From Nitrospirota bacterium (GTDB lineage: Bacteria; Nitrospirota; Thermodesulfovibrionia; Thermodesulfovibrionales; Dissulfurispiraceae), in the NCBI GenBank assembly GCA_963710375.1, contig CAVPZX010000008.1, positions 224,001 to 288,000 of the forward strand: a stretch of DNA of 64,000 bases, given 5' to 3'. A program made the position numbers and the translations under genes. A model generated the notes under the pieces. That model searched no databases and was not told the origin of the DNA. It saw nothing but the letters and a program-made list of their open reading frames with translations. Shown in pieces: positions 1-9,177 of the stretch; the first letter of the stretch is position 1; every line of letters begins with the position of its first letter.

Positions 1-709
1 CAAAAGAATTAAGGCTATAGCCGGTAGTATTCTTGATGCGGTACTTATCGATTATCCTTTGCCTGAGATCCTTGTCACCGTTTATTTCGTCTCTGATGCG
101 TCCGATCTCATCCAGAATCTCTTTACGGGACTCCTGGAACCGCAGCCGCGATCCGGGGTCGCGGGTGTCCAGCACATAGCCGTCGCCGAATATAATCTTC
201 ATTCCCTCGACGGTCTTATAACTGTTCTGGGCGGTGCCGCAGCACATGCCGCTGGCGTTGTTGGCAGCGATACCGCCGATCATGCAGCTGTTGATCGAAG
301 CTGGATCCGGTCCTATCTTCCTCTTGTGAGGAATGAGATAAGCGTTAGCCTGAGCGCCGATCACTCCTGGTTCTAAGGTAATCCGCTCCCCGTTGTCGTG
401 GATCGCAAACCTCTTCCAGCCGCCCGATATAACCAGCAGAACTGAGTCGGTTACCGCCTGTCCCGAAAGGCTGGTGCCCGCTGCCCTGAATGTGACCGGA
501 ACCTTGAAAGAACGTGCGGCGTTCAGAATACGCGACATTTCCTCCGGCGCTTTTACCAGGATGACGATTTTCGGGACCAGCCTGTAGAAACTGGCATCCG
601 TACCATACGCCAGTGACCGGAAGGCATCGCTGAAAAGCCTCGACCCTGGGATAAATCCGGCAACCTCCTGATAAAATGATCTGTAGTTCCCTGCAAGAAT
701 GTCCGCCAT
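1..709 (-). CDS. FAD-binding/Fe-S D-lactate dehydrogenase (Dld-II type), 5' part; runs off window start
   Basis: Not in ORF track; manual translation from ATG at 709: MADILAGNYRSFY...LAYGTDASFYRLVPKIV...VTFRAAGTSLSGQAVTDSVLL...IGPDPASINSCMIGGIAANNASGMCCGTAQNSY...KYRIKNTTGYSLNSF, typical FAD_binding_4 motifs of this family. Confidence 0.85.
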   Translation of the reverse strand, partial: MADILAGNYRSFYQEVAGFIPGSRLFSDAFRSLAYGTDASFYRLVPKIVILVKAPEEMSRILNAARSFKVPVTFRAAGTSLSGQAVTDSVLLVISGGWKRFAIHDNGERITLEPGVIGAQANAYLIPHKRKIGPDPASINSCMIGGIAANNASGMCCGTAQNSYKTVEGMKIIFGDGYVLDTRDPGSRLRFQESRKEILDEIGRIRDEINGDKDLRQRIIDKYRIKNTTGYSLNSF

Positions 710-743
710 GAACTAGAATACAACACCGGGCAAAAAAATGGAT

Positions 744-760
744 ATCAGACTTTGTCCTAT
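744..760. promoter_or_regulatory. Candidate NarL/UvrY-family operator (imperfect 7-3-7 inverted repeat ATCAGAC-TTT-GTCCTAT) upstream of the D-lactate dehydrogenase
   Basis: Imperfect palindrome ~35-50 bp upstream of the ATG, next to a LuxR-type response regulator gene; function inferred. Confidence 0.3.
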
Positions 761-764
761 GAAA

Positions 765-861
765 AAAAGCAGGTTAAGGCTAAGGTTGAGGTTAAGATAA
801 AGTCTTAACTTTAAATTCTTGACCTAACCCTTAACCTTAACCTTAGCCTTAACCTGCTTTT
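765..861. repeat. Inverted pair of hexamer (AGGTTA-type) tandem arrays
   Basis: 765-796 AAAAGCAGGTTAAGGCTAAGGTTGAGGTTAAG vs reverse complement of 830-861: 31/32 match. Confidence 0.9.
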
Positions 862-862
862 C

Positions 863-1504
863 TCAGTCAGTGAGACATACGAGGTTATGCTTTATGGCAT
901 AATTGGTCAACTCGGCATTGCTCTTCATCTTCATCTTTTCGAGGATATGGACTCTGTGCGTGCTGACTGTTTTCACGCTCAGGAAGAGTTCAACAGCTAT
1001 TTCGCTCACCGTTTTCCCGCTGGCTATCATGCACAATACCTGGTATTCACGGTCGGAAAGTCTTTCATGAGCAGGTCGTTCCGGTTCAGGTTCGAGGTCG
1101 AAGAGAAGCGTTTCCGCGATCGAGGCGCTGATATACCTACCCCCCTTGGACACTTTTTTTATCGCCTCTATTAGCTCTTCAGACGCACTCTTTTTTGTGA
1201 TATAGCCGGCTGCTCCGGCCTTTATTGCACGAACCGCGTACTGCTCCTCAGGATACATGCTCAACACCAGCACACGCAGTTTCGGCTTACTGCTCTTCAG
1301 AAGTTTCAGGGTATCGAGGCCGTTCAATCCGGGCATCGCGATGTCGAGAAGGAGGAGGTCGTAATCATTTTTTGAAACCTTCTCCAGGACCTCGTGGCCG
1401 CCGCTCGCCTCGTCAGCAACAACCATCTCAGGATCATCCTCCAGTATCTGTCTGAGTCCTTCGCGGAAGATCGCATGGTCGTCTGCAATCAGTATTCTGA
1501 TCAT
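863..1504 (-). CDS. NarL/UvrY-family response regulator (REC + LuxR HTH)
   Basis: ILIADDH, LLDIAMPG, GYITK, LSDREYQVL...LSVKTVSTHR motifs. Confidence 0.95.
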   Translation of the reverse strand: MIRILIADDHAIFREGLRQILEDDPEMVVADEASGGHEVLEKVSKNDYDLLLLDIAMPGLNGLDTLKLLKSSKPKLRVLVLSMYPEEQYAVRAIKAGAAGYITKKSASEELIEAIKKVSKGGRYISASIAETLLFDLEPEPERPAHERLSDREYQVLCMIASGKTVSEIAVELFLSVKTVSTHRVHILEKMKMKSNAELTNYAIKHNLVCLTD

Positions 1505-1513
1505 CAGTAATTT

Positions 1514-3781
1514 CTAAACCTCAACCTCAGCCTTTACCTGTCTTTTTAGCGGAATGCTCACCTTGACAGTTGTTCCTTTTCCCGGTATGCCCAGTATATC
1601 GATGTTACCGCCAAGGAACCGTGCGCGTTCCCTCATTCCCATGAGCCCGAAAGAAGAGCGGCTTAAAACCTTTTCAGCATCGATTCCCATTCCATTGTCC
1701 TCTGCTTCGAGAACCAGGGTATTATCCGTCTTTCCCAACTTTACATCAACACGGGTGGCCTTTGAGTGGCGGATCACATTTGTCAGCGTTTCCTGGACTA
1801 TGCGGAAAACAGCGGTAGAGATGCTCTGGTCTTCAACCGAAATGTCGTTGGATATGGCAGCAGAGCATTCGATCCCAGTATGCTCCCTGAATTCCTTCAT
1901 CTGCCATTCTATTGCAGCCGAGAGTCCCAGATAGTCCAGCACGCCAGGCCTTAATTCTGAGGATATCCTCTGGACAGCCGAGATCGTTGTATCAATGAGG
2001 CCCGACATGTTGTCCGTCTTTTCGATGAGCTGTTCCTGCCCGTTAGTCAGCCGTTTTTTCAGCCACGAGAGGTCGAGTTTCAGTCTTGAAAGGGTCTGGC
2101 CCAGTTCATCATGTATCTCCCGGGCGATATATCCCCTCTCTTCTTCCCTTGCCGACTGGATATGAGCGGAAAGGTTCCTCAACTCCTCGCGGGAACGCTT
2201 TACTTCGTCTTCCACCCTTTTACGTTCGGTAATGTCCCTTCCGATGGTCTTTGTCCTGAGCAGTTCCCCGTTTTCGTCAAGCTCAATGAACGCATTTAAT
2301 ACCACCGGAAAAGATGTTCCGTCCTTTCTCACAAATTCCCTCTCAAGGCCATACATAGCGGCATGGCCTTTCAGCTCGGCGAATTCCTTTTCGTATGTCT
2401 TCCGGGATTCCTCAGTAAGGAAATCGGCGATAGGTCTGCCGATAATTTCGTCCTTGCTGTAGCCTAACATTTTCGCTTCAGTATCGTTGCAATCGACGAT
2501 AATCCCGTCCCTGCCGATTGAGTGGTACATATCAGGAGCGTTGTCATATAGGTCGCGGTACTTTTCCTCAGACTCTCTAAGGGCCTCTTCATATCTCTTC
2601 CTAAGAGAGTTGTTGACCAGCAGCCCAACAATGATCAAGATAAGCATGGAGATAATGGCGGAACTCGTCAGAATGAACTTTTTGTACCTGGAATAAAATG
2701 TGTCAGGTCTGCCTATGACAACGGCCTCTGCCGGAAGATTCGACTCCCTGGCGTTGAAGCGCTTCAGTTCACGGTAATCGAACATATACAGGTTCGGGCT
2801 CTTCTTCATGATAGGAATGGCCGAGACCTTTTCCCCCCGCAGGATGCGAAGAGCCATTTGGGCTGCTGATTTGCCCTGCTGAGTACTGCTCGTGAGCATG
2901 CCCCCGGCAATACCGCCGCCAAGATAAAAATCCCAGAAACTGTAAATGGGGACTTTCGATGCCTTGTATATCAGATTGAGGCTCTCCTCGTAAGGGAAAA
3001 AGTTCCCTTTACTGTCCCTGTTCACTACTGTCAGGAGAATAATGCTGTGTGGAGGAATCTCCCGTACTTTCGACAGAAGCTCCCGAATGTCAAAGTCCTC
3101 TAGAAACGCGAATCTGACCCGGTCCCTGAAATAGGGAACGACCTCGAGCACCTGATTCTTCATTGCGATACCGGTTGTGGTCTTGTCTCCCGCCACAACG
3201 AACTGCGTGGTATCGGGATGCAGCTTCAGCGCTATCTCTATGGTACTTTTCACGTCGGTATCTTCCGCTACTCCCGTTACGCGATCGTACCCCTTGACCA
3301 TCGAGTCATTGTAGTCGTTGACTCCGCAGAAGACAATGGGAACTCCGGAAAACAGCCCGTGGTAATGCTTTCGGGCAAAATCAAAGGCATCGTTATCGGT
3401 GACAATCACCACATCGAAGTGAGTAGTCCGGTATTTTTCTTTGTAGGCGTCATAGAGTTTCTGAAAGTACCGTTCACCAAAGTATCTCTTAGTGTCCATA
3501 TATTCATAATAAAGTTCGATATCCCGGCGTTCTTTTTCGCCTTTGAGCACTGATTCGATACCCTTTACGATGCCATCGGTCCAGCTTAGCCCTTCGTGAT
3601 AGGAATTGAGCACAAGGACATTCTTTTTGCCTAATGTCCCGGCATAAGCAATTTGATTAAAAATTACGAGGAAAAGAAAGAAGAGAATTGCTAGTAGGTG
3701 AAAGATTGAAGCTGAGAAGATGGGAAGTTGCGAAGTTGAGCGAAACAGTCTTGGTAACTTCACAGCTTCACAAGTTCTCAA
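1514..3781 (-). CDS. Sensor histidine kinase: ABC-type substrate-binding periplasmic domain, TM, PAS, HisKA_3/HATPase
   Basis: VLVLNSYH periplasmic domain, TM, PAS (YRDLYDNAPD), EERGYIAREIHDELGQ H-box, QETLTNVIRHS, DNGMG, GLMGMRERA; start TTG 3781 or GTG 3763. Confidence 0.9.
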   Translation of the reverse strand: MRTCEAVKLPRLFRSTSQLPIFSASIFHLLAILFFLFLVIFNQIAYAGTLGKKNVLVLNSYHEGLSWTDGIVKGIESVLKGEKERRDIELYYEYMDTKRYFGERYFQKLYDAYKEKYRTTHFDVVIVTDNDAFDFARKHYHGLFSGVPIVFCGVNDYNDSMVKGYDRVTGVAEDTDVKSTIEIALKLHPDTTQFVVAGDKTTTGIAMKNQVLEVVPYFRDRVRFAFLEDFDIRELLSKVREIPPHSIILLTVVNRDSKGNFFPYEESLNLIYKASKVPIYSFWDFYLGGGIAGGMLTSSTQQGKSAAQMALRILRGEKVSAIPIMKKSPNLYMFDYRELKRFNARESNLPAEAVVIGRPDTFYSRYKKFILTSSAIISMLILIIVGLLVNNSLRKRYEEALRESEEKYRDLYDNAPDMYHSIGRDGIIVDCNDTEAKMLGYSKDEIIGRPIADFLTEESRKTYEKEFAELKGHAAMYGLEREFVRKDGTSFPVVLNAFIELDENGELLRTKTIGRDITERKRVEDEVKRSREELRNLSAHIQSAREEERGYIAREIHDELGQTLSRLKLDLSWLKKRLTNGQEQLIEKTDNMSGLIDTTISAVQRISSELRPGVLDYLGLSAAIEWQMKEFREHTGIECSAAISNDISVEDQSISTAVFRIVQETLTNVIRHSKATRVDVKLGKTDNTLVLEAEDNGMGIDAEKVLSRSSFGLMGMRERARFLGGNIDILGIPGKGTTVKVSIPLKRQVKAEVEV

Positions 3782-3793
3782 CTTCTCATCTTC
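3702..3793. repeat. Inverted pair of octamer (GAAGTTGA-type) tandem arrays overlapping the kinase 5' end
   Basis: AAGATTGAAGCTGAGAAGATGGGAAGTTGCGAAGTTGAG ... AACTTCACAGCTTCACAAGTTCTCAACTTCTCATCTTC. Confidence 0.75.
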
Positions 3794-3831
3794 GGGGATT
3801 TCGCCTATAGCCCAGTGCCCATAGCCTGCTG

Positions 3832-5496
3832 TTATTCGTCACTCATGATCGCACCGCTGCCGGCGGAGCTCACTAGTTTTGCGTATCGTGCAAGATACCC
3901 ATGCCGTATCTTTGGTTCAGGCTTTTTCCATACGCTGAGCCTTTCCTTAATCTCTTTGTCCGATATGAGAACTTCTATTTTTCTTTTTGGGATATCTATT
4001 TTCAACCTGTCGCCATTTTTTAAAATAGCTATAGGACCCCCTTCCATCGCTTCCGGTGAAACATGGCCTATGCAAGGGCCCCGGGTACCGCCGGAGAATC
4101 TGCCGTCGGTAACCAGGGCCACCGATTCGCTTAAACCCATTCCAGCGATGGCTGATGTAGGAGAAAGCATTTCCCTCATTCCCGGTCCCCCTTTAGGCCC
4201 CTCATATCTTATGACCACTACATCGCCTGCCTTTATCCTGCCATTCATAATTGCCTTCATTGCAGCCTCTTCAGAGTCAAAGACGCGGGCCGTGCCTTCA
4301 AATTTCATTGTATTTTTACTTACTGCAGTCTGTTTTACGACAGCCCCTTCAGGCGCCAGGTTGCCCTTCAGGATTGCTATTCCGCCCTCTTTGTGGTAGG
4401 CCCTGTCCAAAGACCTGATGACTTCCTCATCCATTACAACTGCATCCCTTGCAATTTCGGTAATATTAACTCCGGAAACAGTAAGAGAAGGGTTGATCAT
4501 CCCCTGCAGCCTGTTAAGCACAGCCGGAATGCCTCCAGCGTTGTCCAGATCTTCCATATAGTGTGCACCACCGGGGATCATGTTGGCGATGTGAGGGGTC
4601 TTCCGGCTTAGAATATCGAAAATCTCAAGAGGCAGCTTGACTTTTGCTTCATGCGCAATAGCAGGAATATGAAGGACAGTATTAGTAGAACCTCCAAGGG
4701 AAAGGTCGACCATAATAGCATTCTCAAAGGCCCTCAAAGTCATTATTTTGCGCGGGGTTATGTTCTTTTTAACCAGATCGAGAACCCTCCTGCCGCTCTC
4801 GAAGGCTATCCTTCTTTTTTGAGCGAGCACGGCAGGGGAAGTTGCACAACCGGGCAAGCTCATGCCCAGCGACTCTGTAATGCACGACATTGTATTGGCC
4901 GTGTACATGCCCTGACAGGAGCCTGCTCCGGGACAGGCGCACATTTCCATGGCTTCCAGCTCATCGTCTTTTATCAATCCCTTTCTATATTTCCCGACTG
5001 CCTCAAAGGTATCGCTGGTAAGATTAAGCCTCCTGCCCTTATAATGTCCCGAGAGCATCGGGCCCGCAGTTACCACTATGCTCGGAATGTTCACCCTGGC
5101 CGCAGCCATCAGCATGCCGGGAGTAATTTTATCACAGTTGGTAAGAAGAACAAGACCGTCAAGTTGGTGCGCCTCTGCAATGGTTTCCACCATATCCGCA
5201 ATCAACTCACGTGATGCCAGGGAATAATGCATTCCTTTGTGACCCATGGCAATGCCGTCGCATATGCCGGGTATGCCGAACAGAAAAGGATAGCCGCCAC
5301 CGGTATGGATACCCTTCTCGATAAAGCGTTCAAGGTCTCTCATTCCTGTATGCCCTGGTATAATATCGGTAAAACTGGTTGCAATCCCTATAAACGGTTT
5401 TTCCATTTCGCTTTTAGGGATGCCAGTAGCGTAAAGGAGTGCCCGGTGAGGGACCCTTTCAAGACCTTTCTTTATAGTGTGGCTTCGCATTTTCAT
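3832..5496 (-). CDS. ilvD: Dihydroxy-acid dehydratase
   Basis: [65 protein letters not shown]. Confidence 0.97.
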   Translation of the reverse strand: MKMRSHTIKKGLERVPHRALLYATGIPKSEMEKPFIGIATSFTDIIPGHTGMRDLERFIEKGIHTGGGYPFLFGIPGICDGIAMGHKGMHYSLASRELIADMVETIAEAHQLDGLVLLTNCDKITPGMLMAAARVNIPSIVVTAGPMLSGHYKGRRLNLTSDTFEAVGKYRKGLIKDDELEAMEMCACPGAGSCQGMYTANTMSCITESLGMSLPGCATSPAVLAQKRRIAFESGRRVLDLVKKNITPRKIMTLRAFENAIMVDLSLGGSTNTVLHIPAIAHEAKVKLPLEIFDILSRKTPHIANMIPGGAHYMEDLDNAGGIPAVLNRLQGMINPSLTVSGVNITEIARDAVVMDEEVIRSLDRAYHKEGGIAILKGNLAPEGAVVKQTAVSKNTMKFEGTARVFDSEEAAMKAIMNGRIKAGDVVVIRYEGPKGGPGMREMLSPTSAIAGMGLSESVALVTDGRFSGGTRGPCIGHVSPEAMEGGPIAILKNGDRLKIDIPKRKIEVLISDKEIKERLSVWKKPEPKIRHGYLARYAKLVSSAGSGAIMSDE

Positions 5497-5509
5497 AAAA
5501 AAATCGTTG

Positions 5510-5585
5510 TGCGTTCAGCGTACTGAGTTGTGGGTTAAGAAATCTATTATTTTCGTTGAACGTCCATTGTTGGACGCTGAACGCA
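5510..5585. repeat. Intergenic inverted repeat (TGCGTTCAGCGT / ACGCTGAACGCA), degenerate 7-mer family
   Basis: Perfect 12-bp inverted repeat 5510-5521 / 5574-5585; related half arm TTCAGCGTACAGCGT in the fliC leader (~14583-14597). Confidence 0.65.
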
Positions 5586-5589
5586 GTGC

Positions 5590-5814
5590 TTAATTGATGC
5601 CGCTCTTATAGTTTTTTATCAGTTCAGCTATCTTGTCTTTCTTGGAAAGCTTCTCTTTCTTCATCCGATGCATCTCTATTTCCTCTTCAGGTGTAAAATA
5701 ATGCTTCTTGTTGAATTCCGAAAGCATGCTATCCAGCTCCCTATGCTCCTGGTAAACCCTTCTGAATTCCTCATTCTCCTTTTTTAAAGTTTCAATGATT
5801 TCCTCATCGCTCAT
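5590..5814 (-). CDS. DUF465/YdcH-family small coiled-coil protein
   Basis: MSDEEIIETLKKENEEFRRVYQEHRELD...MKKEKLSKKDKI; RBS GGGAGGG before ATG at 5814. Confidence 0.8.
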   Translation of the reverse strand: MSDEEIIETLKKENEEFRRVYQEHRELDSMLSEFNKKHYFTPEEEIEMHRMKKEKLSKKDKIAELIKNYKSGIN

Positions 5815-5891
5815 ATAGCATCCCTCCCTTCTAATGATTTGCATCTGCTAAATTTTACAATAAACGCACCAAAAAAATACATTCTCCGTCA

Positions 5892-6863
5892 CTAATGGAT
5901 GTGAAGGTCTAATGGGTTCTTTGGTGCGATCGGCACGATAAGGGGTTTATTCTGGCCTTGCTGGGTTGGAGCTGGAGTTACTGTGGCCGCTTTTCGGGAA
6001 GGCTCTGCCGGTGCCGGCTGCGCACTTTGGAGCGGCTGCGGCGCTTCTACAGGTTTTATTGCAGCGCTTTCAACCGGATTAGGTTTTGGGGGCTCCTGAA
6101 CTTTTTCCTGGAGCAGAATTATGCTGATCCTTCTGTTTCTTGAGTCAGTGGGATTATCCTTATAAAGCAGTTGAGTATCAGCATAGCCGGAGACCCGCGA
6201 TACCCTGTCGGAATCTATACCGTTGTCCTGCAGCAACCTTCGGGCAGCTGACGCCCTTTCAGTAGAAAGTTCCCAGTTGGTGAACTTTTGCTTGTGAAGG
6301 GGGGATGAGTCGGTATGGCCTTCAACAGCGACCTTGTTAGGCATGTCTTTAATATTGTCAGCAACAAATCTCAAAATTTCCATTGCCGATGGACTAGGCT
6401 CAGCACTGCCGGGACGGAACATCGGCTTTCCCTCTGTATCAACGAGCTGGATCCTGACGCCATCTTCCACTGTATCGACCATCAGGTGTTCTTTTAATCC
6501 CTTCAATTTTTCGTCTATCGCCTTTTTAAGCTTGTTTTTGAACTGTTCGGCAGACATCTCGCCAGGCCCTTGTGAAAACTCCTTATTGAGGGTCTTTACT
6601 TCCCCTGCAGGCTTTTCCAATATCTGTGAGGATTCTTTCATAAAAGATTTTCCAGATTGTTCAAAAATGGAAAAGTGTTTGAAATAGTCCGATATGGCGG
6701 CCCTCTTTTCAGGTGAAACCATCGCAAGCAGCCACATCAGCAGGAAAAAGGCCATCATTGCGGTAACAAAATCGGCATAGGCGACCTTCCAACTGCCCCC
6801 ATGGGCGCCGTCATGTCCCCTCTTAACCTTTTTAACTATTATTGTCTTGGATTTGTCTGCCAT
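5892..6863 (-). CDS. motB: Flagellar stator protein MotB
   Basis: HGGSWKVAYADFVTAMMAFF TM with conserved Asp; OmpA-like domain EGHTD...NWELS...NRRISI. Confidence 0.95.
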   Translation of the reverse strand: MADKSKTIIVKKVKRGHDGAHGGSWKVAYADFVTAMMAFFLLMWLLAMVSPEKRAAISDYFKHFSIFEQSGKSFMKESSQILEKPAGEVKTLNKEFSQGPGEMSAEQFKNKLKKAIDEKLKGLKEHLMVDTVEDGVRIQLVDTEGKPMFRPGSAEPSPSAMEILRFVADNIKDMPNKVAVEGHTDSSPLHKQKFTNWELSTERASAARRLLQDNGIDSDRVSRVSGYADTQLLYKDNPTDSRNRRISIILLQEKVQEPPKPNPVESAAIKPVEAPQPLQSAQPAPAEPSRKAATVTPAPTQQGQNKPLIVPIAPKNPLDLHIH

Positions 6864-6867
6864 AGTG

Positions 6868-6947
6868 AAAGCAGGTTAAGGCTAAGGCTAAGGTTAAGAC
6901 AAATGCCTAGTTTTTTCTCGACCTTAACCTCAACCTTAACCTGTCTT
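6868..6947. repeat. Second inverted hexamer-array element (same family as 765-861), between motA and motB
   Basis: AAAGCAGGTTAAGGCTAAGGCTAAGGTTAAG ... CTCGACCTTAACCTCAACCTTAACCTGTCTT. Confidence 0.9.
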
Positions 6948-7803
6948 ATTTTTTCAGTTCTCTGATTTTTTCCTCTACTTCGATGAATGTAGGTTTCACA
7001 TTACCCGGGACTACCCTTCTGCCGAATTCCACCGCAATCTGCGGGGCCGCTCCTCCTACAAAGCCGACAAGGGCTACCTTCAAAACATTAAGATAATCTC
7101 TTCCTTCATTGGCCGCGAACTCAAGATTTCTTGACGCAGGCCCCACAAAGCCATAGCACAGCAACACGCCGAGAAACGTGCCGACCAGCGCAGCACCAAT
7201 GCTGTGTCCGAGGACTTCAGGGGGTTCGCTTATCTTCCCCATGGTTAGAACCACGCCGAGGACCGCAGCCACAATTCCGAGGCCTGGCAGTCCGTCTGCA
7301 ACCGTTCCAACACTTTTAGATGGAATCAAAGATTCTTCATGATGTGCTTCAAGCTCGGCATCGAGCAGCGATTCGAGCTCGTGAGGCGCGATACTCGTGG
7401 TCATTACCGTCCTCAGTGTATCGGTAACCAGCGCAACAGCCTCATGATTTTTCAGAAACTTAGGATACTTGCTGAAAATCTTGCTTTCAGCAGGGCTGTC
7501 CACGTCAGCCTCTATCGACACAAGTCCCTCTTTTCTTATTTTAGTGAAGATTTCACTTAAAAGCAAAAGCACCTCTATATAGTCCGCCTTGGAATATGCT
7601 TTACCGGATAGTATATTGAAAAGTCCGCTAACGACAGCTTTGATCACCTTTGAGGGAGAGGCGATAATAAAACCGCCTATCGCCCCGCCAAATATTATAA
7701 GCATCTCAACGGGCTGAAAGATTACACTGAGATTTCCTTTTTCGAGAAGATAACCTCCGATAACTGAAACAAGAACAATACCCGCTCCGATGATAGCAAA
7801 CAT
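6946..7803 (-). CDS. motA: Flagellar stator protein MotA
   Basis: RKEGLVSIE, ADGLPGLGIVAAVLGVV, IGAALVGTFLG, AVEFGRR (enterobacterial MotA-like). Confidence 0.95.
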   Translation of the reverse strand: MFAIIGAGIVLVSVIGGYLLEKGNLSVIFQPVEMLIIFGGAIGGFIIASPSKVIKAVVSGLFNILSGKAYSKADYIEVLLLLSEIFTKIRKEGLVSIEADVDSPAESKIFSKYPKFLKNHEAVALVTDTLRTVMTTSIAPHELESLLDAELEAHHEESLIPSKSVGTVADGLPGLGIVAAVLGVVLTMGKISEPPEVLGHSIGAALVGTFLGVLLCYGFVGPASRNLEFAANEGRDYLNVLKVALVGFVGGAAPQIAVEFGRRVVPGNVKPTFIEVEEKIRELKK

Positions 7804-7813
7804 AAATTAATCG

Positions 7814-8350
7814 TTATCTCCTCTGTTCCCGCAGGATCTCACGCTGCCTTTTAAAGACAAACTTAACAACTTCATCCGTGATTTCTTCATCCAGGGCAAC
7901 GAATTTAGTAGCAATCATGTAACCCTTCGGCGTCTCGTCAACCTTGACGACTTCGCAGTAAAGAAACAGTGCTACCGGCGGCATCATGGGCAAAATCACC
8001 TTCGCTTCTACAATATCACCCAAGCTATACCTTTCTTTCGAAAAAAAACCGAGCCCTCCGCCACTTATGTTGACATGGGTGAGAGGCAAAGTACCAAACC
8101 CTTCTTTCTGAGAACTGAGCTTGATGATAATGTCATCGAGCTTTGAGTTTAGCATCCTGATCCACTCGCCAAGTACCTTGTCCTGCAACTCCGGCAGTAC
8201 CCTGGTATCGACAAGAGGCATATCGCCCAATGTCCTGGATTTTATAGTGCCTCGTTCAGCTTTAGGCACAAGCCGCACCTCAAAGGGGATGTGAGCATCA
8301 ACCCTCGAAAACCCTCTCATTTTTGAATACTGTTCGTCTTCCGGTATCAT
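7814..8350 (-). CDS. PilZ-domain (c-di-GMP-binding) protein
   Basis: RxxxR motif (MRGFSRV) and (D/N)xSxxG motif (NISGGG). Confidence 0.85.
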   Translation of the reverse strand: MIPEDEQYSKMRGFSRVDAHIPFEVRLVPKAERGTIKSRTLGDMPLVDTRVLPELQDKVLGEWIRMLNSKLDDIIIKLSSQKEGFGTLPLTHVNISGGGLGFFSKERYSLGDIVEAKVILPMMPPVALFLYCEVVKVDETPKGYMIATKFVALDEEITDEVVKFVFKRQREILREQRR

Positions 8351-8406
8351 TATATCTGTCCTCTCTCAGTCCGCTTAAATTATTTCAACGCTTAGACCAT
8401 AAGCGA

Positions 8407-9039
8407 CTATTTAGCTATTACAATCTCAACACGCCTGTTCTTCTGCCTGCCCTCTTCAGTGGCATTACTCGCCAACGGCCTGAATTCAGCGTATCCCGCT
8501 ATAGAATAGTTGGCGGGATCGATCCCCTTTTCGATAAAAAAGTGGAGCATGCTTGCAGCCCTCGCAGTGGACAACTCCCAGTTAGATGAATATTTGGAAC
8601 TTGAAATGGGCACATTGTCGGTATGCCCCTCAATGGCAATCTTTCCGGGGACGGTTGACAGCAACTTCGAAAGCTTTTCGAGCACGGCAAAAATTTCGGG
8701 CTTGAGCTCCGCAGACCCTGATGCAAAAAGCACGGAATCCGAAAATGTCACAACGACTCCTCGCGGCTCATTCCTTACGGTAATACCCTGGAGATCACCG
8801 GTCGCTTTCTTTATATCTTCCATAAGCACACTTTTTTGGGTGTCTATCTGTGGAATAGGCTTCTCGATTACCTTGAATGTCTGGTTTAAAGAGCCGGAGA
8901 ACTCCGCCATTTTTGCCTTATCGACCGAAGATAACGCATAAAGGGCGGCAAAAAAGGTAAACATCAATGTAATAAAATCAGCATAAGATATTAGCCACCG
9001 ATCAAGGTTTTCGGGCTCATCCTCATCTCTGCGCCTCAT
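8407..9039 (-). CDS. motB: Second stator B subunit (MotB/MotD-like, OmpA domain)
   Basis: RWLISYADFITLMF, EGHTD, NWELSTARA, NRRVEI; RBS GAGGAG favours ATG at 9039. Confidence 0.9.
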   Translation of the reverse strand: MRRRDEDEPENLDRWLISYADFITLMFTFFAALYALSSVDKAKMAEFSGSLNQTFKVIEKPIPQIDTQKSVLMEDIKKATGDLQGITVRNEPRGVVVTFSDSVLFASGSAELKPEIFAVLEKLSKLLSTVPGKIAIEGHTDNVPISSSKYSSNWELSTARAASMLHFFIEKGIDPANYSIAGYAEFRPLASNATEEGRQKNRRVEIVIAK

Positions 9040-9050
9040 ACTCACTCCTC

Positions 9051-9162
9051 AAAAAGTGAATGGTGAAAAGTGAATGGTGAATAAAAAACTTGGATGGTAA
9101 CATGTTAATATTGAACACATTTGCTTGTCTTTTTTCTTCACTTTTCACCATTCACTATTCAC
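9051..9162. repeat. Inverted pair of heptamer (GTGAAAA/GTGAATG) tandem arrays
   Basis: AAGTGAATGGTGAAAAGTGAATGGTGAA ... TTCACTTTTCACCATTCACTATTCAC. Confidence 0.9.
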
Positions 9163-9177
9163 ATTCTTTTAAGCTAT

